Assembly: GCA_036172245.1 (NCBI GenBank)
Contig: JAYWIR010000002.1
Coordinates: 4,588,001-4,652,000, forward strand
Length of the DNA: 64,000 nt
From: Raillietiella orientalis
Lineage: Eukaryota
Direction: 5' to 3'
In this document: in pieces, positions 50,501 through 63,049 of the stretch
Position numbering within the stretch: the first letter of the stretch is position 1
How the letters are laid out: the number at the start of each line of letters is the position of its first letter
The notes under the pieces: model-generated
Databases searched by the model: none
Told to the model about the DNA's origin: nothing
What the model saw: only the letters and a program-made list of their open reading frames with translations
Position numbers and translations under genes: made by a program

Positions 50501-51738
50501 ATGAGCTGGCCTGTGGCCTAACCACCTAGTTCTCTTGTCTTCTGACTGATTTCGCAGCTGACCTCTCATTTGACCGGCTGGTTACTGCCCAGGTGCTCCC
50601 TATAGTGGTGTCATGGTGGGTATGGAGCAGACCTTTTCCTCCGGTCGACCCCGGACTTTTTCAATCCCCCTGGATTTTTTTTTCTTCTTCTTTGGATCAA
50701 GGGGCTGTACGTTTCAAAAAGAGCTTTCCTCCCTGCTCCCTAGAAGAGTTCTCGAATATAATACTCCTCCCTTGCCTGCTCGGAAAGAGGCGGTGGCGGG
50801 ATCACGTGGAGACTTCAGGAACCTCCGGGAAGAAGGGTGGCAGTGAATGGAGTTGAGTTGGTCCAGTTCGTTCTGGACCTCCCTTCCCGCTGTCTGAGAT
50901 GCTGGGCACCTGGAATCTGCCGGAGTGGATCTTCGTCTGGTCTCTGGAAGGCTCCTCCCCTCTGCAATGGCAACTCACTCCTCCAGGTTCGTCTCTGAGC
51001 ACGCAAAGACGTTGCCCTCCCCGTCGGAGGCGCTAGGGTAGAAGATCCACTTGCAGGACAGGTTTCAGCCAGCCGCAGAGGGACCGCGGTCGAGGGATGC
51101 CTCTGACATCCATCGCCGGCAGGCTGCCCTTCTTCATGCCCGTTCCGAATTGCTCGAAAAGGTTGATGACCTGAAACTGGTGGAGTTCCTCGTCCAGGCT
51201 CTTCAGCATGGTGCCCCTGGAATTGTCAAGAAAAATAAACACGAGCACTCTAAAGTGTCAGCTTCTTCCTTGGTCCGGAGATTTTGCAAGTTCTCCTGGA
51301 TACTCAGCATGCGTTACCCCCCGTGTCATCCAAGAGAATCGAACTGAGAGAGATCATGGAGAGAATCAAATTGAGAATCTTAGAGAGGGAAGCGTCCAGC
51401 CCGACGTGCTGAATGCCCTAGGAGAGCTCCTTGCTCTTTGCTCGGGTAGATTCTGGGTATGTGAGAACGGATGAAGGAAACCCAACCTCCTGAGATCCGA
51501 CGAAGCCGACCCCGACTCGAAAAATTTTGGAACCTCCTTAATGGGAGGCTTCGGGCCGGGTCGGTTGGGAGCCCCCCTGGTCGGACATAGGAAACGAAAC
51601 CAATTCTGGAGTTGACTATCCGAGTCTCCGCTTGACCTTGTTTGGGACGTAGGTTGCAGCAGTGCTCAAAGTCCAACCCGTCTGGAGGCGTCCCATGCAG
51701 AACCGGCGCGCAGCAAGAAAATGAGCTCCTGTCTGAGA

Positions 51739-52121
51739 TACCAGCCTCCCTCATAGACCACCGTAAAAACTTCCACAACTTCTGGGAATAGCAATTGTGC
51801 ACCCTGAAACAGTGGTGCATCCCAGAGCTAGGCGAGGTGCTCCTCTCAAAGTAATCGTGTCGCTCCCAAAATGGAGCCGATTTCAGATTAATAGGAGACG
51901 AACCGCTCCCCGGAATACACCGGAAGTGGAATAAGAACAAGAAAGCCTTTGCATTAAATTTCCTCAAAAAAAGCAGAAAAAAAAAAAAAAAAAACGTAAT
52001 CAGACGTCATCATCATCTTTTTGAATCCCAAGTAAGGAATTTTCACTTTTTTTGGTGCAAAACAATTGCTATTCCCAGAAGTTGTGGAAGTTTTTACGGT
52101 GGTCTATGAGGGAGGCTGGTA
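51739..52121. repeat. Perfect 60-bp inverted repeat with 263-bp spacer
   Basis: 51739-51798 is the exact reverse complement of 52062-52121. Confidence 0.9.
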
Positions 52122-52379
52122 CCGGAAACATCCAGGAAGTGTGCTAAACGATTCCTCCCACGCGCCTGGTTCACGGAAGAATATCTGACGAGTGAGCTCC
52201 TGCATGCTGCATATCCGCCCCTGAAGGAAAGAAACCACAGAAGCCACTAAAGATGCTTGTTTTTGAAAGGGGGGATATAGCTCCACAATTCGAGACTTCG
52301 ACTCGTCTGCTCATCCCCTGTCGTTTGGAGCTTCCATCTCCTATATGGCGCAACGTGTCCTCAGCCTCCCTCAGTCTGC

Positions 52380-52810
52380 TGCCCCGAGGGGAGTTGCGTT
52401 TCTAAACTGTTCAAGGTGCGGGAAGATCGAACCGTTCCCGCACCTGCTGCTGGACTGCGGTCCCCTCCAGGAACCTTGGAGAGGCTGAACTCAGCACTCC
52501 TGTACTCTGAGGACGCTGCTGAGGACTTGCTACGGCGATCCTTCTCGAGAGGTGGAGTCGCTCCGCCGTAGTTGCGGCGGCGTGCTGCATCGTCGCAGCT
52601 CGCCATTTGCTGGAGCTTTGGGCGCGGCGAAAGAAGTTCCCCTGCCTAGAGGCCACCTACGCCTACGAGGATGACTGCCAGGTGGTCTCACCTGGGAGGA
52701 AAAATCAGGAAGGGGACCGAGAGTTGGTTCTAGAAAGAAGGAATGGTCATCACCGGTGACTCCTGACCTCTCCCTCCCATTTATTTATTTATTTAATTAT
52801 TTTTTCCATT
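52380..52810 (+). mobile_element. L1/Tx1 C-terminal zinc-finger fragment, distinct subfamily
   Basis: CSRCGKIEPFPHLLLDCGPLQEPW (intact CCHC) followed by a T-rich tract. Confidence 0.65.
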
Positions 52811-53399
52811 TATCTCCTCCCATTCGTTCCGGACTTTCAAAAAGGAACGCGACAAACCAAAGACCCTTGTCCCAACGTTCCACTTTCTTTCTTTCTTTGT
52901 TTCCTGTTCCCGTCCTCCCGTTCCGCACTTTCCGAAATCTCGACCCAAGTGTCCATGCATCTTCCTTCCCTTGAACTCATTTAGTTTCTTCTCCATGTTC
53001 CTGTTGTTTAGGGAGCAGTTTTCTTCCCAATTTGCCTGCTCGCCCTTCTCAAACAAACGCTTTGGGGTCATCGGGTGGAAACCTGTTGCCTCGGTGGAAA
53101 CCGGACCAATCCCGCTTTCCCTCGGTCATGCCGTAAAGAAGCTGGGAACAGGTGACCCCTTGGGGGAGGGTCCAAGCGACTTACCTTGCGATCTCTGGAA
53201 ACTGCCACGGAGTCGATTCCTCCGACGAAGACGCAAATCCTTCGCTGCATAGAAGGCGGCTGGGATGAGAACGGAGACCAAGGAAGAGAGATTCATTCTC
53301 GTGTGGCCTCCACGTTGCATCCCCCAGGTGGCTTCATTCCTCTCGGCAGCATTCTCTTCCTCCGGATCTTTGCGGATTTCTTACCAGTTCATCTCTCTG

Positions 53400-54250
53400 C
53401 GTGACTAAGGGAGGACGTCCTTGGACAGAGTCCTATGAAAACAACCAGAAGATAGTAGTTCCCTCAGCTGGATGCTGAGTGGATCACCCGGAGTATATGC
53501 CTCCATCAGGAGTCAGGGAGGCAGGCACTATCCAGAAAACGCTTGTAGGCATCCTCAGAAAGTCAGAGTCGAAGGCTGCGGGGGTTCTTTCCTTCAGGAG
53601 CGGGCGTACCCCGGCTGACAGGTGACTTGCACATTTTCTGCTGACCCTCCCAGGGGAGAACTCGTCCAGAAGAGCAAAAGACAACGAGAAGGATCCTGGA
53701 GAAGGGCAGGAGCAGGGTTCCCGGCGGAGTCTGGTCCTAGCAGTCGAGGGTGAGGAAAGGGGAGGGGAGCGACGACGTGGAGCCCACGGCGGCAGCAGAG
53801 TAGGAGGAAGAGAAACGCAGAGGCGACCGGACACGCAGTGAGAAGTCGAGCAGGAGAGTCCGTGGAGTCCTCCGAAGATGTCCGGCAAGCCAACAGTCTC
53901 CCCAAGCAGCGCCCGAAGGCCGCCAAGGGTCGCTCCAGAAGGTCAGAAATCTGGCAGGAGCGGTTTGGTGATGGAGGCTGGTGAACACGGGATGCTCTCC
54001 ACACGAGCTGCTGGAGGAGGGGCGTCTTCTGATTCGATTCTCGTTCCGGATGTGCCATGGAGCTGAATCGAGTTGACCTTCGGGATGGAAGGGAGGACGA
54101 GGAATTCCTTTCGGGAAGGAATGCCAGTCCTCGCTTCCTGGAAAGAAAACGGAATTCGAAAGGACTTCGATGAAAAGCTCTGGGTCCTTAGGGCGTGGAA
54201 GATGAGGGGGGAAGGGGCAACTTCTCAGGTCAACTCATGAGGACACTGCG
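53400..54250 (-). mobile_element. Possible decayed L1/Tx1 APE endonuclease
   Basis: Weak motifs RGLAFL, VHQPP (~VYAP) and LLDEF (~RLDRF). Confidence 0.3.
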
Positions 54251-54569
54251 AGCCTGCTACCCTTGGACCCCCAGAAGGTTCTGGAAAACAGTGGAGGAAC
54301 GGAGACCTTCAATCTCTTAGGGTGCTCCCAACATCCTACCAACCGAAAGTTTGTATCTGGAGTGACTCAAGCCAATGGCCGGAAGGTGAAGTTCGACACC
54401 ACCACAGCGGGAGGCATGCAGCGGAAGCGAGACCGGGGAGGGAAGAAGGATGGGTGTTTTTTCATGATGAGAGGAGTCGGACGCTGGAGGAAACGATGGA
54501 AAGGCTTCCACCTATCGCCTGTACATTGTTTGAGCCACCCGAGGATGTGTGTGACTCAAGTGTCAGGAG

Positions 54570-54865
54570 GTGAACCCGGAAGGACCACCACATGAATCCA
54601 GGAAGGCACCGGAGGAAGGAGTCCCCGTTCCCCCTACGCTTGGGAAGGAAGGAACTCCAAGGGACCCATCTCTTCCCTATTCTCTCCGGAGGGACCCCCT
54701 GGTTTGCGAGGTCTCTGCACTGTTCCTCCGAAGGGAACCTGGAAAGGATCCGCTCCTGGTTTCCTTTTCTGAAGAGGACCCCCAAAGGGGTGTCTCCAAC
54801 TTTTTCCGAAGGGAGCAGTGTGCTTCTTGCACTCTGGAGACACAACCTCCGGAGGGGAATATTCT
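54570..54865 (-). mobile_element. SINE body fragment
   Basis: CATGAATCCAGGAAGG..TCCGAAGGGAACCTGGAAAGGATC..CTGAAGAGGACCCC..CACTCTGGAGA family motifs. Confidence 0.8.
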
Positions 54866-55399
54866 GCTTTCGTGGGGAGAGAAAGGCATGGCAGTCTCCC
54901 GCTCTCCCCCTTGCTGCATCCTCATTCTTCTGTTTCCTCGTTTACACCCTTGCAGCTTCTCTCACCAGCTCCTCTGACCAAAGGCAAGGTCTCCCTCCCT
55001 CTATGCTCGGGGCGGTTCGAGATCGCCCGTCCGGAAGAGGCGCGCAGGGGTGCGCTCGCCTTCTCTGCAAGCCGCAAGTGAGATTTTTCTCTCCTGGGAA
55101 CGCTGCTCCGAAGAAAGTGTGGGAGCGATACTCAGGGGGACTCCGGAGACAAAAAACAATTAGGGAAGGACCTTTCCGGTGATTGAGGGATGCTTAACCA
55201 GCCCAGAGAGCTCGGGGAGTAACAAAAAAAAATCGCCGGACCGTTGAAAGGGAGAGTTTTTTTGTGTGTGTGCGTGTGTGTGGGCGTAAACCCAGCTGGG
55301 AAGAAATGCGCGATCTTCTCAGCTGATGGAAAAGTTGGACCCAAAGCGGGAGGACCAGCAGCTGTAAACATCTCACGAAGGCATCCGGACGGCCTTAAC

Positions 55400-56560
55400 A
55401 GTGCTGAAAGCATCGATGCGGAAGTCTGATAAGGCGATCCGGACAAACTGACGCTTCCTCGGGGGATTCGTCGTGGGACTTCCAGAGCGGAAAGCCTCAC
55501 GGCACCTCGCCGCTGCTAATGCCGATGCCACCTCCCGCTGAAGAGGGAGAAAGAGGGTAGGGAAGAAGAAAGGGAAGATCACAGCAGGAGGTTGTGCAGA
55601 CCAGGTTTCCGAAGGTTCCTGCTGCCTCCGACGCGCAGAAGACGCGGAGGGAAAATGCCCAGCGCTTCCGGGGAAGACAAGCCGAAAGGCGCGGCAAAGA
55701 CCTGTTGAGAAGGGAGGGAAGGTGCCTCCATCCCTTGCCTATGCGATGGATGGTTAGGGAGAGAGATGCTGAGGGACTACATCCTTGGGGATGCAGGAGC
55801 TCTCTCGGAAGGCGCCAGTCCCCGACTCGAGGATCGGAGATGCAAGGAGGGAGGGAATTCGAGAACCGCTCATGGCTCTCCAGGCGCATCGGCCATCCGG
55901 GATGGGCCGAGTCGCGTTGCTTAGAGCCCCTATCAGCAAGCCGCGAGAGGCAGGAAAGCTTCGAAGGAGAGGAGTCGCCACTCTCAGCGGAAGAGACCGC
56001 CAGTTCTGCAAACTTCAGAACGGGGAAGAAGACACGGTCTGACCCAGAAGAGGATGCATGTGCCGATGAAGGAACTTGCTACACTCACAGCAATCCAGAA
56101 GACAAAGAGGAAAAGCATTCGTTGCTCCAGCTGCCGCATGCTTCCTGGGAATCTTAGTGGAAGAGCTCCGTGGTCACTCTGTAGATCCACCAACAAGAGG
56201 CAGCAGTGGTAGCTGCCAATCTGTAGATGACTTCGGTATCACGAGCACTGGTTGCATCTCTTCTCCGGGCGACTCGCTCGAACGCGGTTCCCGCTGCCTC
56301 CCCGGTAAAAATTCAACGAAGAGAGGAGCAGGGATTGAAGAAAGAGTCGAAGAAGGAAGGAACAGGAGAAAAGAGTTATGAGGAGGAGTGCCCAGCCAGC
56401 AAGGGGAGGATGAGATTGGACAGGAGTGTCCGGGATGTCTTTCCGAGCCGCCCAGTAATGGTCAGAAGTTCGACGATCGTGCCATGGGGGTGGGACCGAC
56501 AGCGCAACCACGACACCGCAGTAGACCGTAAAGACTCTCTCGGGAGAGAGGACAGAAGAA
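55400..56560 (-). mobile_element. Decayed L1/Tx1 ORF2 fragment
   Basis: Minus motifs TSDH, VIPKSSTDWQLPLL, TRPIPDGR and SAGGGIGI in ORF2 order. Confidence 0.35.
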
Positions 56561-58549
56561 TCGGGAAGCAAAGCCAAAGAGTGCTGCTGCTGACTCACCG
56601 CTCGTCGTCGAAAGAGAGCGCGACGACCAAGCGCGACCTCCTCAAGCCCGGCGCCCCCTGAGGGAACGGGACTCCGCAGCGACGGTCCGAACGCGAAAGC
56701 AGCAGCAGCAGCGAACCCTTCCGGAAAGTAAGGGAAGGAGAAAGCGGGAAAAGCGAACCGTCTAGAAGGGAATCGCCAGGCGGCGGAGCGCAAGCGCGCT
56801 TTCCTGGGGGCCCTGTTTCGTAGGAGGATGACGTCCCGCTAGCGTCGCTTGACGAAACGCCCGTTCACGGGAATCGCTGACCGCTCCGCCGCAAAGCCCG
56901 CCGACTCTACGCTGCGTCCCGCCTTGCTCTCCTCTGCCCGATTTCCTCATTCGATTTGCTTATTTTGCGGAAGGGACCCAGCGTGTGGCTCCAATTTTAT
57001 GGACGACATCTGCCGAAGGTGGAGCTGGCGGAGACGGAAATGCCTCGAAAACTTCCCAACGAGATGAATGGCCTTCGCGGGAGATTTTAGTCAGAGATAA
57101 CTCCTGGATATTTCTGCATTGTTCCACGACGGACGCTTGTGGTCTGCGTGTTCTTCCAGCTGGTTTCTGTGCAGTTTTTTTTTTTCTTTTTGTTAGTGGA
57201 CGAAACAACATTGCCCTTCTAAATCGAGGGTCCCTCCTCCCCTCCCCCGTGCCGATACGCTATCTCGCACATTTCGCATCGTTATCTTCAAATCTCGGTT
57301 TCCTTTGAAAACTTCTCTTCAGCCTGTGTGAGCCTTTTGTTTTTCCTTTTTTTTCTTTTTTTTGAGAAATCTTTCCTTTCTGCCAGTTCCGCTGAAACCC
57401 TAATCAATCGAGCTCGAGCCCCAGATTCTGACGATGAAGGAAGTCCTTTTCCCCATCTTCTTCTGCTGCTGGGAGACTCTCGAATCCCTGAAGAAGCATT
57501 TCGCATCTTCGTGCATCGCGTTTTTCTTCGGGTTAATTGATTAACCCTACGGAGGCACAACCAAGAGCAGCCTTGGAAGATGGATGGCTTCGAGGAGAAC
57601 AGAAACAGATTCGCCGTGGCGTCGAGATGCTGCAAGGTGACCGAGAATTTTTCCCCGCTTCTTCGTTTTTCTTCCCTGAGCAACGGACCTTGACCCGTGA
57701 GCTCGCAGAAGGTCGGAATCCTTCCAAGACTTTCTTCAAGCCGACGCTTTGCAGGTTTCCTTTTCCAAGGCAATACGTTCCTTGCTCGAGGACTTCGGGA
57801 AGCACAGTGGCTCAGCCACCAGCCTCAGCGATCGGCAAGAGCGACGACAGAGGTGCTGCGGGAACAAACAAGCGAGGTATGCACGGAGAAAATTTCTAGA
57901 AGCAATGAATTGCGTCCCGCTGCTTCCCCTCGCGCTAGAGAATGCGCATCGTTCTTGGAGCAGGATCCGCTCAAGAAAATGCCCCATTGTCAGAGAAGGG
58001 GGAAAGAGTACCAGCCCCAACGTTCGAAGTCCATGGCCACCTTCAGCTCCGCAACCCTTCTACGAAAAATCTTGTCCTCTACGAGCTCTGTACCGTTTCT
58101 CGGGAAAACAGAGCATCTCCGCATTCTTCTTCGAAGATCTCAGAGCAGAGGTCTGAACTTCAGCTGCCTTTTGCGGTTTCCTCCTTTACCCATCTGAGCC
58201 CTGCCTCGCCTTCCTCATGTCCCTTTCATTTCTCCCCGAACCTTTCCTCCCTACCTTTTGTCTGCACCCGCGTTCTTGGTCTCCGGAGTACCCGCATCGT
58301 GGAATCCTTCCTCGTCCACAAGGAACACACTTCTTGCTTCGGATATCTCCGCGGTCAACCCTTAGGACCAACAGAATCGCTTCATCGGATCATCAGCACT
58401 CCCCTAAAGGTCCTTCCCAGTTCTTCGGAAATCTCATCCTGAGCAAAGCTAACTCTTACTGGTTCGACCTCTGTGAAAGGTCACGGGGTCTGTGAAAGGG
58501 CTCTTCCTTCCATTTGATGTGATGGATCAGTCAGCGTCGTCTCCTTACC

Positions 58550-60800
58550 CGACATGTTTCTCACGAGATCTCCAGGAAGCCACATGTCCTTTCTTAGATC
58601 ACTGCTCCACCCCTATGGTTGCCTTGTAGAGGACCCCTGCCGTCCTCTCCATGCATCCCGTAAAGGAACAGAAAGCAGGAGAAGGAAATTTTCAGTGTCA
58701 GGGGTGGGTCGAAACTTCCTTCGTCGGGTGCACTTAGGCGTCCCGCGGAGACTCAGCGTCCAAAGACGACAGGCAGGCAGGGCGGAATGCTCCCAGCAGA
58801 GGAAGTCTGCTGAAGAGGAACACCAGCCGAACTTGCATCTCCCTTCCCGAATGCTGTGCGAAGAAGCAGGAAACTCCCTCGAGATGCCGGACATCACCCG
58901 GGATCGCGTGGAAGCAGTGAATCTTCCGTGGAGGTTCACCACCCATCCGTCACGTCCCCTTGCGTCGATGGGCAACTTCTCCCTGCTGCTGCGGGCAGCT
59001 GACAGCACGATGGAAGGAAGGGAAAGATCGCTCGGTCAAGGACGTTGGAACGATGAGCTCTAGGCTCAAACATTGGTAAGGTGCGGGTGACGAGGTCATC
59101 ACACCAAAGACAGGACTTGACTGATGTAGGCAGGCAGTTCCCACGAGGCAGAAGTTTCCTCCCGGAGCGGCAGCAGCAACGAAGTTCTTTCTATGGAGGG
59201 AAAACGCCCAAAGCTTCCCAAGCTTCCCCTTTCCCCACATCCCTTCATCGGAGCAGCCTTCTGGGTGGGAGACCAGCGTGCCTCCCCAGCCGAGTCTGGA
59301 ACGGAGTGCTTACCACGAGACGTTCCATCTCCCCGAATGTAAATTCTCCATCCGCAGCAAGGGTGATGGTGCGCTCTAAAAGAGTGATGCGGGCAATTAA
59401 ATGACAATCCTGAGAGGAGAAAAGAAAGAAAGAAATGATTGCAGCCACCAAGAGGAAGAGGGAGAAGAAAAAAGCAAGGCGAAAGGAAACAAGTGAGCGC
59501 TTCAGAGAGATGAAAGGATTTTCCCGGAAGAACTCGCGTCGTAAAGCACATTCCCGGGCTCGCTGTCAGCCGAAGGCAGGTGTCAAGCAGAAGGTGAAAC
59601 ACGGAGAAACGGCTCGGAGATTACGCGCTTTCACCCGCCGCAACCTGATTTGTTCGGATGCTGTAAAAGAGAATGGAAGAATGACCTCCTCGGGAAAGGG
59701 AGGAGGGGGGGGGGAGGAAGAAGGAAAGGAAAGGAAAAACTCGGGAGACACGGCACTGGGTGCTGCTGCGGCGGCTCACCGCTCCAATTGAAGCCTCACG
59801 TCAGCGCTTTCTGGAATTCCCGCGAGCGAGCGGATCCGAGGAACGGCGCCCTACGAAAAGGAGGGGCCCCCGGATGGGGCAGAAGCGTGCGTGACCCGCC
59901 ACTCGCTGCCGTCAGGAGGGCGCGTGCTCTCACGTTCGCCAAAATACGTGAAGTTCTCAAAGCTCACAAGGATGGGGAGACGGCAAGAGAAGCGATCCCT
60001 GCGTCTGCGCATGCCTGGCCTTCGGACAGCTCCGCAAGGCGCGGCGGACGCCCCCCCCCCCCTCTTTCGCCCACGGACTGAATCCTAATCGAGGACAGGA
60101 ACGGAGCCGGAGCGATTGCCGGTCGAAAAACTGGCGATCCGGTTGTAGTCCTCGTCGGCAGCAGTAGCTTCGGACAGGATCTTCCTCACGAACCAATACG
60201 CCTGCCATTCCTCATGGATCATCCCGTGACAGGTGGATCGGTTTGTCCGTTCATCGAGAAAGAGCAAGGTGCCGAAAGGTCTCCTGAAGGTCTCTTGGGC
60301 GCATGGCGCCCTGCCATGAGGAGGAAAGCTGCTTACGCTGCCGGCGGCTGGCTGCATTCGAGAATTCGGGATGCAAGGATTCTGATCCAGGGGTGCACCT
60401 TCTGATAAGATAGAGCAAGAGGACTGGGAAGGAGGGATGGAGGGAAAACACGTGAGGCTGGAGGATAAGGATGAGGCCGGCGATTGCTCGAGGGATCTGG
60501 GTTCGGGGAAAAGGAAGGTTTGGACCACCGCGGAGAGCGATGCAGAAAATTCCTAAAGTCGGTCACCGCGTTTTTCGTTCTTCCTCCTCTAAGAGCACTT
60601 CAGGGGAGGTGCTCTTGGAGCTTCGTTCCCAAGGGCTTTCTGAACATTTCTCAGTAACGAGGAACAGCAGCAGTTCTGGAGAGAAGATGAAGAAACACAA
60701 GTGTGCAGCCCCGATGATTTTCGCTTCCCCCCTCCCCCCACTCCTTCCCAACCTCCCTTTTCGATGCGATCACGCTGGGCATTCCGTTAGATCTACCGGA
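58550..60800 (-). mobile_element. Decayed L1/Tx1 fragments (ORF1/APE start plus an RT piece)
   Basis: LSFNC and DARGR..VVNL (APE-like); EGAPLDQNP and ILSEATAADEDYNRIA (~RPISLLNxDYKI). Confidence 0.3.
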
Positions 60801-61959
60801 ACCTGGAAACAGGTACAGAATTTCAGCATCCGATCCCAAGCACACTTGCCCAGGCTGGAGGGTTCTTGCAGGCTGCCGCCATCTTACCTCGGTGGCGGCT
60901 GCCATGTTTACGTGATGGGATTTTAACGATATCTCTGCTCCTTTCATTGTGCTGAAAAAAAAAAGGAAAAAGAAAAAAAAAGAAAGAAAGAAAATTTTCT
61001 CCCGCATATTTCGTTTTATTTCTTTTTTCACGAGTCATTTCGTGGGTTATCGGAAATTACGCAGGTCCCATAACGCTGTTTGCCGTCAACTCCCCACTCG
61101 CTGCAATTTCTTGCACGCTGTTAAGTGCTTTTATTGAACTTTGTTCTTCCCACCTTCGAGCAAGCCAAACTAATAATGACTTTGCATTTCTGGCGCTTGC
61201 CTGGCAAAAATCCTGGCGCCGGAGGAAGCCTTCGCCCTCGACACTTCGGCACTCGCATAGGAAGGCACGCGTCCCGGCTGGAATTTTGCAGGGTGGCTCC
61301 AGAAAAGCGTGTGCTCTCGGAGGAACTCGTCCTCGCATGGAATCTCATCTCTCAAGAGATCGCCTTTTCCCCTAGCATCAGAGCGGCTCGGCGCAGCTTG
61401 GTCACCTGCCGCTGCCCCGGGGTCGAACCACGGATCCGACGAAACCAAGTGCGAGCGAATAAAGAAAGATCGGCACTCTTGGAGTGAAATGATGCAAAAG
61501 GACGGCGAAGCATGGCAAAGTTATGTGCCCTCCAATACCTTGAAGATAACACAGATGTGGAATAGGTTGTAGGGCTCGTGGAATCATTCCGCGTGTACGC
61601 TGACAGTTGTCAGCGTACAGCGTACAGCGTTGTCAGTACACGCACATAAATAGTAACATAATGGATTCGTATAAAGGGAGCATCGTTCTATGAGCACAAA
61701 TGGCTGTAGGCATTCCGCTGTTCAGCTTCCGTCCAGCCGGTGTTTGCCGATATGGACCATCGCAGACCATCGCGAAAATCTCTACGACCCCCCATGTCAG
61801 CAATGACGCAACTGACGCTCCTGAAAAATACAGCCACGAAAACGATTCTGAGAGGCTAAAGCTGCAGGTGGTCGAAAGCAACTTTGTCCCTAATGGGGAA
61901 GCTTCATTTAAAAGGTGATGTTGGAAGCAGTTCAATCCCTTCTAGTAGAATGATTGTCA

Positions 61960-63000
61960 CCCGGCTATGCCGGAGCATTTATTACATAAGACAATAAAAA
62001 TACATTCTTCGTGGTAGGACCGTTGGTTCTACCACGTGCATTATACCCGCCGAAGAGCAGTGCGCAGACCAGAGAGGTCCGCTTCGGCAGCGTCGGGGAA
62101 GGGAACAAAAACAAAAAAATTAAACAAGCAAAACAGGGGAGGGGTAATTTTACACGGGGTGGGAGAAGGGATCAAGGAAGGGATCACGGTACGCTGCCAG
62201 GCTTGTTCTGCATCCTGTTCAGGATGCTGGCAAGTTCCGTCCGTGTAGCGCCCAGGTGGGGCCACCACGAAGCGGTCTTCAGGAAGATCCACACCTAGTG
62301 GATGGCGTCCCTGACATTTTGGTCTCTTCTTCTGGCATTTCAACCAGTCGCGATCCCTCAAGAACAGCGGAGAACTGAGAGGGGCGCGGCTGGTGGCAGT
62401 GCAACACCACGCACGAAAAGGCTTCTGAAAATGGCCCTGGAGCTGCTAGCCGAAAATCCGAGGGTCGTCGCGAGGCGATCCCAAAGGGGTCGGAGGGCAG
62501 CACAGTCCAACAGAAGATGCGGGAGTGTCTCCTTCTTCCCACACCTGTCGCACTGAGCGTCCACGCTCCCCCCATGTCCAGTGGTGGAGGCGCTCTTCTC
62601 ATGGGATTCCCCCATGCAACACCAGCAACGCCGACTCCTGCCACTCGAAGGGGAGGGCGCCGCTGTTCCAGCACGCTGGGAGCCACTTCACCTCTTCAGA
62701 AAGGGTTTCGAGCAGCTCTTCCCAGCGTACAAGTCCGTGGGGTGGGACACTTGGGATCGCAGCGTCCGTCACTTCCCGAGTTCTCCACGCCCCCAGAAGC
62801 TTCCTCTTTGCTCCTATGCAGCAAGTCACTTCCCCACCTTTCCGGGATTACGCTGTCCCTTGCGTCCCTTAGGGAGGACAGCACTGGGGGAAGGGGGAGA
62901 CGAGACCTATCGCATCTTCTGCGGTCGTGGACGATCTCCTCCAACGACATGCGAGAGTTGACGCCTCGCTGCAGGCAGGCTCGCCCCGCATAGCTCGCGC
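61960..63000 (-). mobile_element. L1/Tx1 3'-end copy with intact CCHC
   Basis: LPFEWQESALLVLHGGIP and QCDRCGKKETLPHLLLDCAALRPLWDRL, plus 3' hairpin at 62010-62036 and AATAAA. Confidence 0.85.
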
Positions 63001-63049
63001 CGTGGATCCCTCCCATGAGAAGACATGATGACCTTTAGAGACGTTTTGG

